Shown: positions 42,344-51,200 of the stretch, piece after piece
Position numbering within the stretch: position 1 is the stretch's first letter
Layout: every line of letters starts with the position of its first letter
Source of the DNA: Candidatus Competibacteraceae bacterium
GTDB lineage: Bacteria > Pseudomonadota > Gammaproteobacteria > Competibacterales > Competibacteraceae
DNA length: 64,000 nt
Assembly: GCA_046347555.1 (NCBI GenBank)
Contig: JAXMFY010000008.1
Span: forward strand, 60,022-124,021
Direction of reading: 5' to 3'
Program-made: the position numbers and the translations under genes
Notes under the pieces: model-generated
The model's input: only the letters and a program-made list of their open reading frames with translations
The model's database searches: none
What the model was told of the DNA's origin: nothing

Positions 42344-45310
42344 TCACCCGTTTCGCGTTCGGCGGCGGCGCGGCTTTTCGGTCGGTTCGGGAAAATCCCG
42401 GATGCGCCGCACCCACAGCGCGATGTCCGGGTCCATCCGCGCTAGCACCGCCTGCGGGTTCTTCGCTTCGTCTACTTGCGCGAGCGCCTCTAATAGGGAT
42501 GCCTGCTTGGGCGCATCCAGGGCCAATTCCGGGGTCAACAATCCCGCCACGTCGCGAATCAGGCCAGGGTCCCGGCAATCCCGTGCGAAGGTGGACACGA
42601 TATCGGAAAGCGCGGAATTCAGGGCAAGGTTGTGATTCCGGCGCAGGCCACAGAGGCGAACCACGCGCGGCAATACACCTCGGGCGGCCTCGAATCCCGC
42701 CGCCCGGCCTTCCGCCGCAGCGACACGCGCGATGGCTGCACCGACGGCGGGCCAGCGGGGAAAGCTTAGATAGCCACCACCTGCGAGTCGATCCGCTTGA
42801 CTCTCAATCAGCTTGTCCAGCGCATCCCAAGCGTGCGCCCGCACTGCGGCGGCATACAGCTCGACAAGAAAGTCTCTCCAGTCCGTTTCGTCCTCTTTTT
42901 TTGCCGCTGTCGTGTCTGATTCAACCCATTTCGCGAAGACCGCAACGGCCTCCGGAGAGGCTACATGTCTGGCAGCTATGATGGCCTGTGCTGCTGCCGA
43001 CACCGATTGTGCGAGCGCGAAAGATTGCAGCGCCCCGGACAAAGCGTCCTCGTATCGACCAGACAAGATGAGCAAACCACCTGCTTGTAGCAGGGCCTGG
43101 GCTTGCTTGCCGATACTTCCAACTTGGGCGAACAAAACGGCGGCTTGCTGTGCCATGGCGGTCGCCTCCTCGTACCGGCCCAACTGGCCTAGCGAAAACG
43201 CAGCAACTTGCAGGGCCATGGCTTGTAAGAGGGCATCTCTGGCTTGGGCAGCCAGGGCGGCAGCCTCCCGCGCCGTTCCAATCACCTCCTCATGCCGTCC
43301 CAACTCGCCGAGCGAAAAGGCGGCAACTCCCAAAGCTACGGCCTGTTCACGGACATCCCCTGTCTGGGCCGCCAGGGTGGCAGCGTCCCGCGCTGTGGCA
43401 ATGGCCTCTTCATGCTGTCTCGACTGGCCGAGAGACCAAGCGACATATCGCAAGGCTACGACCTGTTCGCTGACATCCCCTGTCTGGGCCGCCAGGGTGG
43501 CAGCGTCCCGCGCTGTGGCAATGGCCTCTTCATGCTGTCTCGACTGGCCGAGCGAAAAGGCGCGACAACACAGCGCGAAAGCTCGCAAAGGTTTGGGTAA
43601 TTCGGCTGGGATGGCATTGCCTGCCTTGTCCCAACACAGGATGGCGGCAACTTTGTCAACCCTCAGGCTGTCTAGCAAATCACCCCACTCGTACTGAAGC
43701 AGCACTTGAGCCGCCGGATTCGTATTGGCCGCAATTTCTTGGATGAGCCGCTCGTTGGCCTGGTCCATCAACTCCATACGGGCGAGCGCCTGAGCCCCAA
43801 TGATAGCGGCGGCGGCCTTGGCGATGGGCGTTGCTGGCTTCCATTGACCTATTTGATGAGCGATATCTTCGGGATGATCTTTTAGCTCGCGCAGAATCTG
43901 CTCGATGGGCACCGGAATCACCTCGTCGCAACAACTTGCAATCCGCTTCAGTCGCCAGTCGAAATACCCAAAGTAGCCGTTAAACCCATTGCCCGCCGGC
44001 ACGCCCTCACAGGCCAAGTCAGCGAAAATTCGGGCTTCGGCGGGCTGGCCCGCGTTCAGGTGCCGCATCGCTTGCACCCCTTGCTCCTCGCGTGAGTAGA
44101 AGGCGCGCAGGAAATCGAGAATGGTGGCGAGCGGCGTTTGCAGCGCGAGTTGCTGGCCCTGGCGCAGCCGGTAGAAGTGCGCGAACACCCGGTCGGTGAC
44201 GCGGTAGAGTGTCTCGCGGCCGTCCAGCGCGGGCAATCCCCGGATGATATCGGCGCGCTGCAAATCCTGCATCACCCGGGCGATGGTGTTTTGCCCCCCC
44301 GCACCGACGCGCTGGGCCAGCTCGGTCTGCGACGCCGGTTCGCCACCCCGGATCAGCGCATCGAACAGGCCCTGGGCCAGGGCGGGCAGATCGTCGATAC
44401 GCCGCCGGTAATAGTCCGCCAGCTTGTCGGCCAGCGCGTTCATGGTGGCGGCGACCGACAACGCATCCTGCGTCTCCAACACATCGGCCAACAATTGTGC
44501 CAGACGCGGGTTGCCGCCGATGAAGTCGGCTACGGCCCGCGCCTTGGCCTCCGCCGCCGCGTCCAGCGGCGCCAGCGCCTCCGCCTCGCGACGACGGTTG
44601 AAGTAGCGGATGCAGGTATCCTGCGACCAGGGTTCCAGGCGGATCGACTGAAAGGCTTGGAACAGGGGGCGGTCGTAGTCCATATCCACCGAGCCGGTCG
44701 CCGTGGCGATCAACATGATCCGGTTGCGCGGACGATCCAGCCACTTGCGCAAACGCTGCTCGGCGGCATCTTCCTTGAAGACGCCGGCGAGGAGAACATC
44801 GAAGTTTTCGATCACCACCACGACCATGCCCCGGCCCGCCGGCAAGGACTGATCGAGTTCGCGTTCAAGCTGATCCACGGCCTCGTCCCACTGGCGGGCT
44901 TCTTTCACAGGATCGGGCCACTGGAACATCGCCCCCGCCCAGCTTCGATCCTCGCTGGTGCGCAGATCGACGACCTTGTGGGCGATATAAGCCGGGAGCG
45001 CGTGGGGATTGCGCGTCAGGTTGTGCTGCTCTTCCGGCAACAGCACGAAGGGAATGGGCACGCCCCGCGCGGCGGCCAAGTCCGCAGTCTCGATCTGCAC
45101 CAGACGGGCCACGAAGGATTTGCCGAACCCGCGCGGGCCGTAAATCGCGACGTGTTGCAACGCGCCCGGCGCGGCCCCGAGGCTGCGCCGAACGGCCTCC
45201 ATGATCCGCCCGGTTTCCTGCTCGCGGCCGGTGGCGAGCGCGCGGATGGCCGCGTCGGTCATCCGATGGGTCATGAAGGTCTGGACGAGCGGAGAAGCGG
45301 GCGCGTTCAT
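42344..45310 (-). CDS. STAND-type P-loop NTPase with winged-helix and C-terminal TPR-like repeats (~988 aa)
   Basis: Walker A GPRGFGKSF, Walker B VVVVIENFD, wHTH-like segment, then repeated ~40-aa TPR-like units. True start is MNAPAS at 45310, overlapping the upstream stop by 1 nt (TGATG). The listed 1254-aa ORF has a 266-aa out-of-frame N-terminus. Confidence 0.6.
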   Translation of the reverse strand: MNAPASPLVQTFMTHRMTDAAIRALATGREQETGRIMEAVRRSLGAAPGALQHVAIYGPRGFGKSFVARLVQIETADLAAARGVPIPFVLLPEEQHNLTRNPHALPAYIAHKVVDLRTSEDRSWAGAMFQWPDPVKEARQWDEAVDQLERELDQSLPAGRGMVVVVIENFDVLLAGVFKEDAAEQRLRKWLDRPRNRIMLIATATGSVDMDYDRPLFQAFQSIRLEPWSQDTCIRYFNRRREAEALAPLDAAAEAKARAVADFIGGNPRLAQLLADVLETQDALSVAATMNALADKLADYYRRRIDDLPALAQGLFDALIRGGEPASQTELAQRVGAGGQNTIARVMQDLQRADIIRGLPALDGRETLYRVTDRVFAHFYRLRQGQQLALQTPLATILDFLRAFYSREEQGVQAMRHLNAGQPAEARIFADLACEGVPAGNGFNGYFGYFDWRLKRIASCCDEVIPVPIEQILRELKDHPEDIAHQIGQWKPATPIAKAAAAIIGAQALARMELMDQANERLIQEIAANTNPAAQVLLQYEWGDLLDSLRVDKVAAILCWDKAGNAIPAELPKPLRAFALCCRAFSLGQSRQHEEAIATARDAATLAAQTGDVSEQVVALRYVAWSLGQSRQHEEAIATARDAATLAAQTGDVREQAVALGVAAFSLGELGRHEEVIGTAREAAALAAQARDALLQAMALQVAAFSLGQLGRYEEATAMAQQAAVLFAQVGSIGKQAQALLQAGGLLILSGRYEDALSGALQSFALAQSVSAAAQAIIAARHVASPEAVAVFAKWVESDTTAAKKEDETDWRDFLVELYAAAVRAHAWDALDKLIESQADRLAGGGYLSFPRWPAVGAAIARVAAAEGRAAGFEAARGVLPRVVRLCGLRRNHNLALNSALSDIVSTFARDCRDPGLIRDVAGLLTPELALDAPKQASLLEALAQVDEAKNPQAVLARMDPDIALWVRRIRDFPEPTEKPRRRRTRNG

Positions 45311-46488
45311 CAGGCCAGCCGCGACCGCTTCCACCACAACCGGGCCAGCCGCGACGCCGGCACCCAGGTCCGGTTCGCGTCGGCGTCCTCGGTGAAGTGG
45401 ATGAAGCCATCCTCGACCAGCATATCCAGGAACTCCGCCAGATCGATGCGGGAGTAGCCGTTGGCCAGTTCGAGGTCGTCCAGCCGGGTTCCGTCCGCCG
45501 CGTCCATGATCCGTTTCAGGACCGGAACCACCAGCTTTCGTTGACCGTCCTTGTCGATTTCGCCGTAGAACTTGAACCGCTTGTTGAACTGGTTGTAGAA
45601 ATCCTCGTGCAGGACCGGACGCACGTTCTTGGCGAAAACCTCGGCGAAGGCGTCCGCTGGCGGAGGCGATTCGACGCCGACTTCCAGCAGACCCTTGACC
45701 AGAAAACTCGGATAGAGCACGCCGGATTGCTTGAGAAATTCGCTCGTGTGCTCGTCGGTCCAGCGGCCTTGCGACGGTTCCGCCGTCGCTTGGCGGATGA
45801 ATTCGCGCGCTTCGTCCTCGGTCAGTTCGGGTACGTCGAAGGGCAGCAAGTCGTTGAGATGCTCGCGGCCAAGCCCATAGCGGCGCGACAGGGCGGTGAC
45901 GCCGATGGAGCCGGTCAGCAGCATCTTCATGCCCGCTTCGCGCCATTCGCGCATGGCGGCCAGCAGTTGATCGATTTCCTCTCGCCCCTCCTTCGGGTTT
46001 TGTTCCAGGATGTTCTTCAACAAAAACGAGAATTCGTCGATGACCAGCAGCGGCGGCGTCTTGGTCGCGCGCAAGGCGTCGCGGATACCGTTGTACGCCT
46101 CCCGCCAATACGCCGATACCAGCGCCTCGCCGGTCTTGGTGCCGCTCGCCAACGCCTCCAGCACCTTTCGGATCGGACTGTCCTTGGCGACGAAACCGAG
46201 CACACGGCCTTTCAGGTCCGACTCCCTGGGCAGCGCGCCGAGCAGTTCGCCCAGCAAATCCTGAATCGATTTCAGGCCCTGGGCGTCGACAAACGCCACA
46301 GGTTTTTTAGCCGCCTGCATCTGCTCGACGACGTAGAGACGCAGGGTCGATTTGCCGATGCGGCGCAGGCCGAACATCTTGACGCCGCCGCTGCTCGCCA
46401 GCGTGCGCAGGAGCTTGTTCTGTAGCGCGGGCCGGTCGAAGCGTTGGTCGCCGGCAACGGCATTGCCGTAGAAGGGGACGAGCGCCAT
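45310..46488 (-). CDS. AAA+ ATPase of the PF01637 (archaeal/bacterial ATPase_2) type, 392 aa
   Basis: Walker A GLRRIGKST, Walker B LLVIDEFSFL, and a C-terminal wHTH-like region. First gene of a two-gene operon. Confidence 0.6.
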   Translation of the reverse strand: MALVPFYGNAVAGDQRFDRPALQNKLLRTLASSGGVKMFGLRRIGKSTLRLYVVEQMQAAKKPVAFVDAQGLKSIQDLLGELLGALPRESDLKGRVLGFVAKDSPIRKVLEALASGTKTGEALVSAYWREAYNGIRDALRATKTPPLLVIDEFSFLLKNILEQNPKEGREEIDQLLAAMREWREAGMKMLLTGSIGVTALSRRYGLGREHLNDLLPFDVPELTEDEAREFIRQATAEPSQGRWTDEHTSEFLKQSGVLYPSFLVKGLLEVGVESPPPADAFAEVFAKNVRPVLHEDFYNQFNKRFKFYGEIDKDGQRKLVVPVLKRIMDAADGTRLDDLELANGYSRIDLAEFLDMLVEDGFIHFTEDADANRTWVPASRLARLWWKRSRLA

Positions 46489-46598
46489 GGCTTCATTCCT
46501 ATATGCCAGAAGAGATATCTGATTTATAGCATATCAAAATCCTGGCCGCAACTTTGCTATACTATAAAAAAGATATCTGAAAGAAAGGATAACACAAT

Positions 46599-46725
46599 GA
46601 TGGGTTTCGCTACGCTCAACCCATCCTACGAAAAACCAATGGGTTGTAGGATGGGTTTACGAAAAACCAATGGGTTGTAGGATGGGTTTACGAAAAACCA
46701 ATGGGTTGTAGGATGGGTTGAGGAA
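46599..46725. repeat. 31-bp tandem direct repeat (ACGAAAAACCAATGGGTTGTAGGATGGGTTT) x ~3.3, each unit with internal dyad symmetry
   Basis: Exact tandem copies at 46628, 46659 and 46690, plus a partial leading copy. No spacers, so not CRISPR. Confidence 0.6.
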
Positions 46726-46867
46726 CGAAACCCATCGATGCAGGGCGAAACCACCAGGAGATTTGAGCGGTTACGGATAGGCATCCCGCCAAGCGATGGT
46801 ATTCGTGGGCGATGAAGCCGAGCGGCATATAATGTTCCATAACATGGCGACATCGGGGAATCTCCCT

Positions 46868-47470
46868 ATGAATACGACAGCGACACTTGGCGACATCTGG
46901 GCATTGTTCCAAGAAACCGACCGCCTGCTGCGGGAGCAGTCTCAGGAAACCGACCGCAAGTTCCAGGAAACCGACCGCAAGTTCCAGGAAACCGACCGCA
47001 TGATCAAGGCACTGGGTCAGCAAATCGGTGGCTTGGGCAACAAGTTTGGCAGTTTCACCGAAGGACTGGCTCTGCCCTCGATGCAAAAGATTCTCCGGCA
47101 ACGCTTTGGCGTCGATACGATCAGCCCCAGCGTGCGACTGTCCCGCGAAGGGCAACACCTGGAAATCGACGTGCTGGCCTATGCCAACGGGACCGTCAAC
47201 GCCGCCTATGTCGTGGAAGTCAAAAGCCATCTACGGGAGAAGGATATCGAGCAGTTGCTGAACATCCTGCAACGGTTCCCGGACTGGTTCCCCGAACACC
47301 GGAACAAGGCGCTCTATGGGATACTGGCCGGGGTGGACATCCCCGACGCACTGATTCCGCAAGTATTGGCGCGGGGGTTGTACCTTGCGTACATTCACGA
47401 CGACCTGTTCGAACTACAAGTCCCCGAGGATTTTCAGCCGCGTCGGTTCGATGTCATGACCGTGACTTGA
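46868..47470 (+). CDS. PD-(D/E)XK-fold (restriction-endonuclease-like) protein with an N-terminal QETDRKF heptad coiled coil (DUF3782-like)
   Basis: EIDVLAYANGTVNAAYVVEVK matches the E-x-D...E-x-K nuclease core. N-terminus has QETDRKFQETDRKFQETDR repeats. Confidence 0.45.
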   Translation: MNTTATLGDIWALFQETDRLLREQSQETDRKFQETDRKFQETDRMIKALGQQIGGLGNKFGSFTEGLALPSMQKILRQRFGVDTISPSVRLSREGQHLEIDVLAYANGTVNAAYVVEVKSHLREKDIEQLLNILQRFPDWFPEHRNKALYGILAGVDIPDALIPQVLARGLYLAYIHDDLFELQVPEDFQPRRFDVMTVT

Positions 47471-47528
47471 AAAGACGCGAAAGCGGTTGCCAAGGTGGCA
47501 ACGCGATGACCCGGAAGAGAGATCAGCC

Positions 47529-48587
47529 ATGACGATCCATGACCGGCCCATGCAGCAGCAACTGGCCAGCGACAACTACGCCGGCCTGTGCCCAGAAGCC
47601 CTAGCGGCGCTGGAACAGGCCAATCAGGGCCACGCGCCGTCCTACGGTCAGGACCGTTGGACCACCGAGGCCTGCGACCAGTTTCGGGCGTTGTTCGAGA
47701 CGCCCTGCGAGGTGTTCTTCGTCTTCAACGGCACGGCGGCGAATGCCCTGGCGCTGGCCAGCCTATGCCAGTCCTATCACAGCATCATCTGCCACCGCCA
47801 TGCCCACGTCGAAACCGACGAGTGCGGCGCTCCGGAGTTTTTTTCGCACGGCGCCAAGTTGCTGCTGGCCGACGGGCACGACGGCAAGCTCGATCCGGCC
47901 AGCGTCGAAGAGATCGTCACCCGACGTGGCGACATCCATTATCCCAAGCCCCGGGTCGTCAGCCTGACCCAGGCCACCGAGCTGGGCACGGTCTACACCC
48001 CCGCCGAATTGCAGGGTATCCACCAGGTCGCGCGCCGACATGATCTGAAGCTGCACCTGGACGGCGCCCGCTTCGCCAACGCGGTGGCCGCGCTCGGTCT
48101 GCCGCCGCGCGCCCTGACCGTGGAATGTGGGATAGACGTGCTCTGTTTCGGGGGCTCCAAGAACGGCCTGGCGGTGGGCGAGGCGGTGCTGTTCTTCGAT
48201 CTGGCCGCCGCCGAGGAATTCGCCTATCGCTGCAAGCAGGCCGGGCAGTTGGCGTCGAAGATGCGGTTCCTGGCCGCGCAATGGCTGGGGCTGTTGAAGG
48301 ACGGCGCCTGGTTGCGCCACGCCGCGCACGCGAACCATTGCGCCGCCCTGCTGGAAGAAGAATTGCGCGCCTTGCCGGAAGTGGAATTGATGTTCCCGCG
48401 CCAGGCCAACGCGGTGTTCGCGCGGTTGCCGGAAGCGGCGATCGCGGCGCTGCGCCAGCGGGGTTGGCTGTTTTATACCTTCATCGGCGTGGGCGGCGCG
48501 CGACTGATGTGCGCCTGGGATACCGAGGAAACGACCGTGCGCGCGTTCGTCGCCGACGTCAAGGCCGCCCTGCGGGCGACCCGGTGA
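47529..48587 (+). CDS. ltaE: Low-specificity L-threonine aldolase (beta-eliminating lyase family)
   Basis: LASDNYAGLCPEA N-terminus and the PLP-lysine region GGSKNGLAVGEAV. Confidence 0.7.
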   Translation: MTIHDRPMQQQLASDNYAGLCPEALAALEQANQGHAPSYGQDRWTTEACDQFRALFETPCEVFFVFNGTAANALALASLCQSYHSIICHRHAHVETDECGAPEFFSHGAKLLLADGHDGKLDPASVEEIVTRRGDIHYPKPRVVSLTQATELGTVYTPAELQGIHQVARRHDLKLHLDGARFANAVAALGLPPRALTVECGIDVLCFGGSKNGLAVGEAVLFFDLAAAEEFAYRCKQAGQLASKMRFLAAQWLGLLKDGAWLRHAAHANHCAALLEEELRALPEVELMFPRQANAVFARLPEAAIAALRQRGWLFYTFIGVGGARLMCAWDTEETTVRAFVADVKAALRATR

Positions 48588-48612
48588 AGGCGAAAAGCGA
48601 CGTTTGATCGGC

Positions 48613-49071
48613 TCAGCCGGGATCGAGCACCGGAGCAACCCGCCGCCGCTGGCGGGTCCGGCTGACCTTCAACTGGCTCTTGTACTGACCGAGGAGTCTC
48701 AGGGAGTCCTCGACATACTCGCGCGAGGAAATCTCAGCGGTGGCGTAGCGGCGCAACAGTTCCAGCCACCGCGCGTGGATCGCGCACGGCGTCGTTCGGT
48801 TGCCGCCGGTCAGCGGACAGTCGGGACAGCGCGCGTGGGTCAGAACCCCGACCGCCGCTTGCTTTTGCCACTGCTGGCGATAGTGACGGGCGTGCCTTTC
48901 GATCCATTCCAGCGCCCGCGTTTCCCGCTCCTCGGCGGGAAACGATGCCACGTATCGTTCGATAGCCGCGATCTGCTGGAGCAGGAATTCCGCATCGGAC
49001 AAATCCAGATTCTCGGCCTCCCCCACAAAACGGGTGATCAACGCCAGGGTTGGATCATCAGCGATGTACAT
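48613..49071 (-). CDS. Hypothetical protein with a CPDCP...C..H zinc-ribbon-like motif (153 aa)
   Basis: ORF trimmed to Met MYIADD. Cys cluster HARCPDCPLTGGNRTTPCAIH. Confidence 0.35.
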   Translation of the reverse strand: MYIADDPTLALITRFVGEAENLDLSDAEFLLQQIAAIERYVASFPAEERETRALEWIERHARHYRQQWQKQAAVGVLTHARCPDCPLTGGNRTTPCAIHARWLELLRRYATAEISSREYVEDSLRLLGQYKSQLKVSRTRQRRRVAPVLDPG

Positions 49072-49221
49072 GATTTTTCTCGCGGGTCGATCCCGTGGAT
49101 AACGAACGATTAAAATAATAGCAAGAAATTGTGCGGCGCACAAAATTCTCCCGCTCATCGAATGCCGATGCGTCCTATTCGTCAGAGCGGTTTCGCCAGC
49201 CACCCGCCAGGGATAAAAACC

Positions 49222-50883
49222 ATGCTCCAGGGAATTCAACGTTCGACTTGGCGCTTGATTGCGCTGCTTGTCAGCATGCCGACGGCGGTTCTGATCTTCG
49301 GCTGCATTTACATGCTCGGCTCCACCTACCTTGAAGGCAGATCGACCAATTTTTGGGAGAGCCTGGAATGGGCCTCCGAAACGCTGACCACGACCGGCTA
49401 CGGCGCCTACGCGCCCTGGAGCCACCCGGTCATGATTCTGCTGGTCATCCTGACCCAGTTCGTCGGCATGTTTTTCCTGGTGCTAGTCTTTCCCATCTAC
49501 GTGCTGCCTTACTTTGAGGAACGATTCGAGGCGCGCTTGCCGCGCGTGTTGCCACCGATGAGCGGACGGGTGCTGTTCTACCGCTACGGTCCGGCGATTG
49601 ATTCCCTGCTGGAGGAATTCCAGCGGGTTGGTTCGCCGTTTGTGATCCTGGAGGAAGACATGACGTTGGCGCGTGGTCTACGCGATCGCGGCTACCCGGT
49701 GGTGCTGAGTAGCCTTGATGAAAATCCAGCCGCCCTGGCGGGCGTGCAATCGGCGCGAGCGGTGGTCACCAACGCCGACGATCACGCCAACGCCATTTGC
49801 ATCCTGATGGCCCGTGAATTGGGCTTCGACGGTCCGATTTACTCGCTCGCTGACAATCCTTTGTACCGGCCGCCGATGGTGAAGGTGGGCGCGTCGGCGG
49901 TATTCACGCCGACCCATGTTTTGGGCGCGGCGCTGGCGGCCCGCGCCAGCGCCCGCATCCGTCCCCCGGCGGAAGGCTTGCATCTGCTCGGCGGGCAGGT
50001 GGGCCTGGCCGAATTTCGGGTTCGCGCCGACAGTCCGCTGGCTGGGCAACGACTCGGCGATTTACGGTTGCGCGAACGCCACGGCGTGACCGTGATCGGG
50101 CAGTGGCGGGGCGGAAACTTCGCCGTCGCCGCTGGCACGGATACGCGCATTGAGCCAGGCGCGATCCTGGTCGCGGTCGGCGCGCACGCCAACCTGGCTC
50201 AGGTCGAGCGCCTGGCCGCGCCGATTCGCCGCACCGGCCCCATCGTGGTGGCCGGTTACGGCACGGTCGGCAGCAAGGTGGTGGAAATGCTGCGCGACGC
50301 CCACGAAATAACCGTCGTCATCGATCAACAGCTTGCGCCGGGCGTTGACATCGTCGGCAATCTGCTTGAGCACGCCACACTGGAGCGGGCCAACGTGCGC
50401 GCGGCGAGCGCGGTGGTGCTGGCGTTGAGCAACGACAGCGAGGGCGTCTTCGCCACGGCGGTGGTCCGCGACTATGCGCCCGAGGTGCCTCTGATTGTCC
50501 GGGTCAACCGGGCGCCGAACGTGGCGCGGCTGTACCAGGCCGGGGCTGACTTCGCGCTGTCGGTCGGGCAGATGGCCGGGGAAATCCTCGCCTACCATCT
50601 GCTCGGCGAGCAGGCGGTCGCGGTCGAGCAACGCATCAAGTTCGTCCGACTGGCGGCGGGCACGTTGGCGGGACTGCATCCATGGCGTGCCCAGGTGCGC
50701 GAGCGAACCGGCGCGGCGGTGGTGGCGGTGGAGCGGGAGCGGGAGGTGTTCGTCAAATTCGATGACGCTTTCCGGGTGCGTCCGGACGATATTTTGTTCG
50801 TCTGTGGAACCCTTGGCGGTCTGGATCAATACGTGCGCGAATTTCAGGCCGCGCCGGTCGAAGGTTCGCGAGCCGTCTTATGA
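49222..50883 (+). CDS. Potassium channel with tandem RCK/TrkA-N and TrkA-C domains (MthK/Kch-like)
   Basis: Two TM helices flanking the selectivity filter TTTGYG, followed by two RCK (NAD-binding-like) domains. Confidence 0.75.
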   Translation: MLQGIQRSTWRLIALLVSMPTAVLIFGCIYMLGSTYLEGRSTNFWESLEWASETLTTTGYGAYAPWSHPVMILLVILTQFVGMFFLVLVFPIYVLPYFEERFEARLPRVLPPMSGRVLFYRYGPAIDSLLEEFQRVGSPFVILEEDMTLARGLRDRGYPVVLSSLDENPAALAGVQSARAVVTNADDHANAICILMARELGFDGPIYSLADNPLYRPPMVKVGASAVFTPTHVLGAALAARASARIRPPAEGLHLLGGQVGLAEFRVRADSPLAGQRLGDLRLRERHGVTVIGQWRGGNFAVAAGTDTRIEPGAILVAVGAHANLAQVERLAAPIRRTGPIVVAGYGTVGSKVVEMLRDAHEITVVIDQQLAPGVDIVGNLLEHATLERANVRAASAVVLALSNDSEGVFATAVVRDYAPEVPLIVRVNRAPNVARLYQAGADFALSVGQMAGEILAYHLLGEQAVAVEQRIKFVRLAAGTLAGLHPWRAQVRERTGAAVVAVEREREVFVKFDDAFRVRPDDILFVCGTLGGLDQYVREFQAAPVEGSRAVL

Positions 50884-51010
50884 AAATCTTTTCCTTGCTG
50901 AAGGGGACGACAGCTATTGAAAATTGTTTCCACTGGCGGATCGGGTGGACACACCCTGCTCGACCACGCCGCTCTCGCCCCCGTTTCGAGCCCTGTCGAT
51001 TACACACAAG

Positions 51011-51133
51011 TCTCCCTCCCCCCTTGCGGGGGAGGGTTGGGGTGGGGGTTGACCGATCAGCCCGCCATCATTCAAGGAGTTGCGATTCAACCCTACCCCC
51101 CTCCCTCGCCCTCCCCCGCAAGGGGGGAGGGGA
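51011..51133. repeat. Composite intergenic inverted-repeat element (same family as 29617-29720)
   Basis: CTCCCTCCCCCCTTGCGGGGGAGGGTTGGGGTGGGGG ... CCCTACCCCCCTCCCTCGCCCTCCCCCGCAAGGGGGGAGGGG. Confidence 0.55.
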
Positions 51134-51200
51134 TTTCCTGGTTTTAATAATAAAATCAATTGTTTGGAGATACGCGTAATGGACAGGTTTCGAGCCACGC

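Noticed and set aside
42344-46108. 1254-aa ORF listed as a single gene
   Set aside because: The first 266 residues are Arg-rich out-of-frame translation of the upstream ATPase gene. The real start is Met (MNAPAS) at 45310, adjoining the upstream stop. It was split into two genes.
46599-46725. 31-bp tandem repeats as a possible CRISPR array
   Set aside because: Units are directly adjacent with no spacers, there are only ~3 copies, and no cas genes are nearby.
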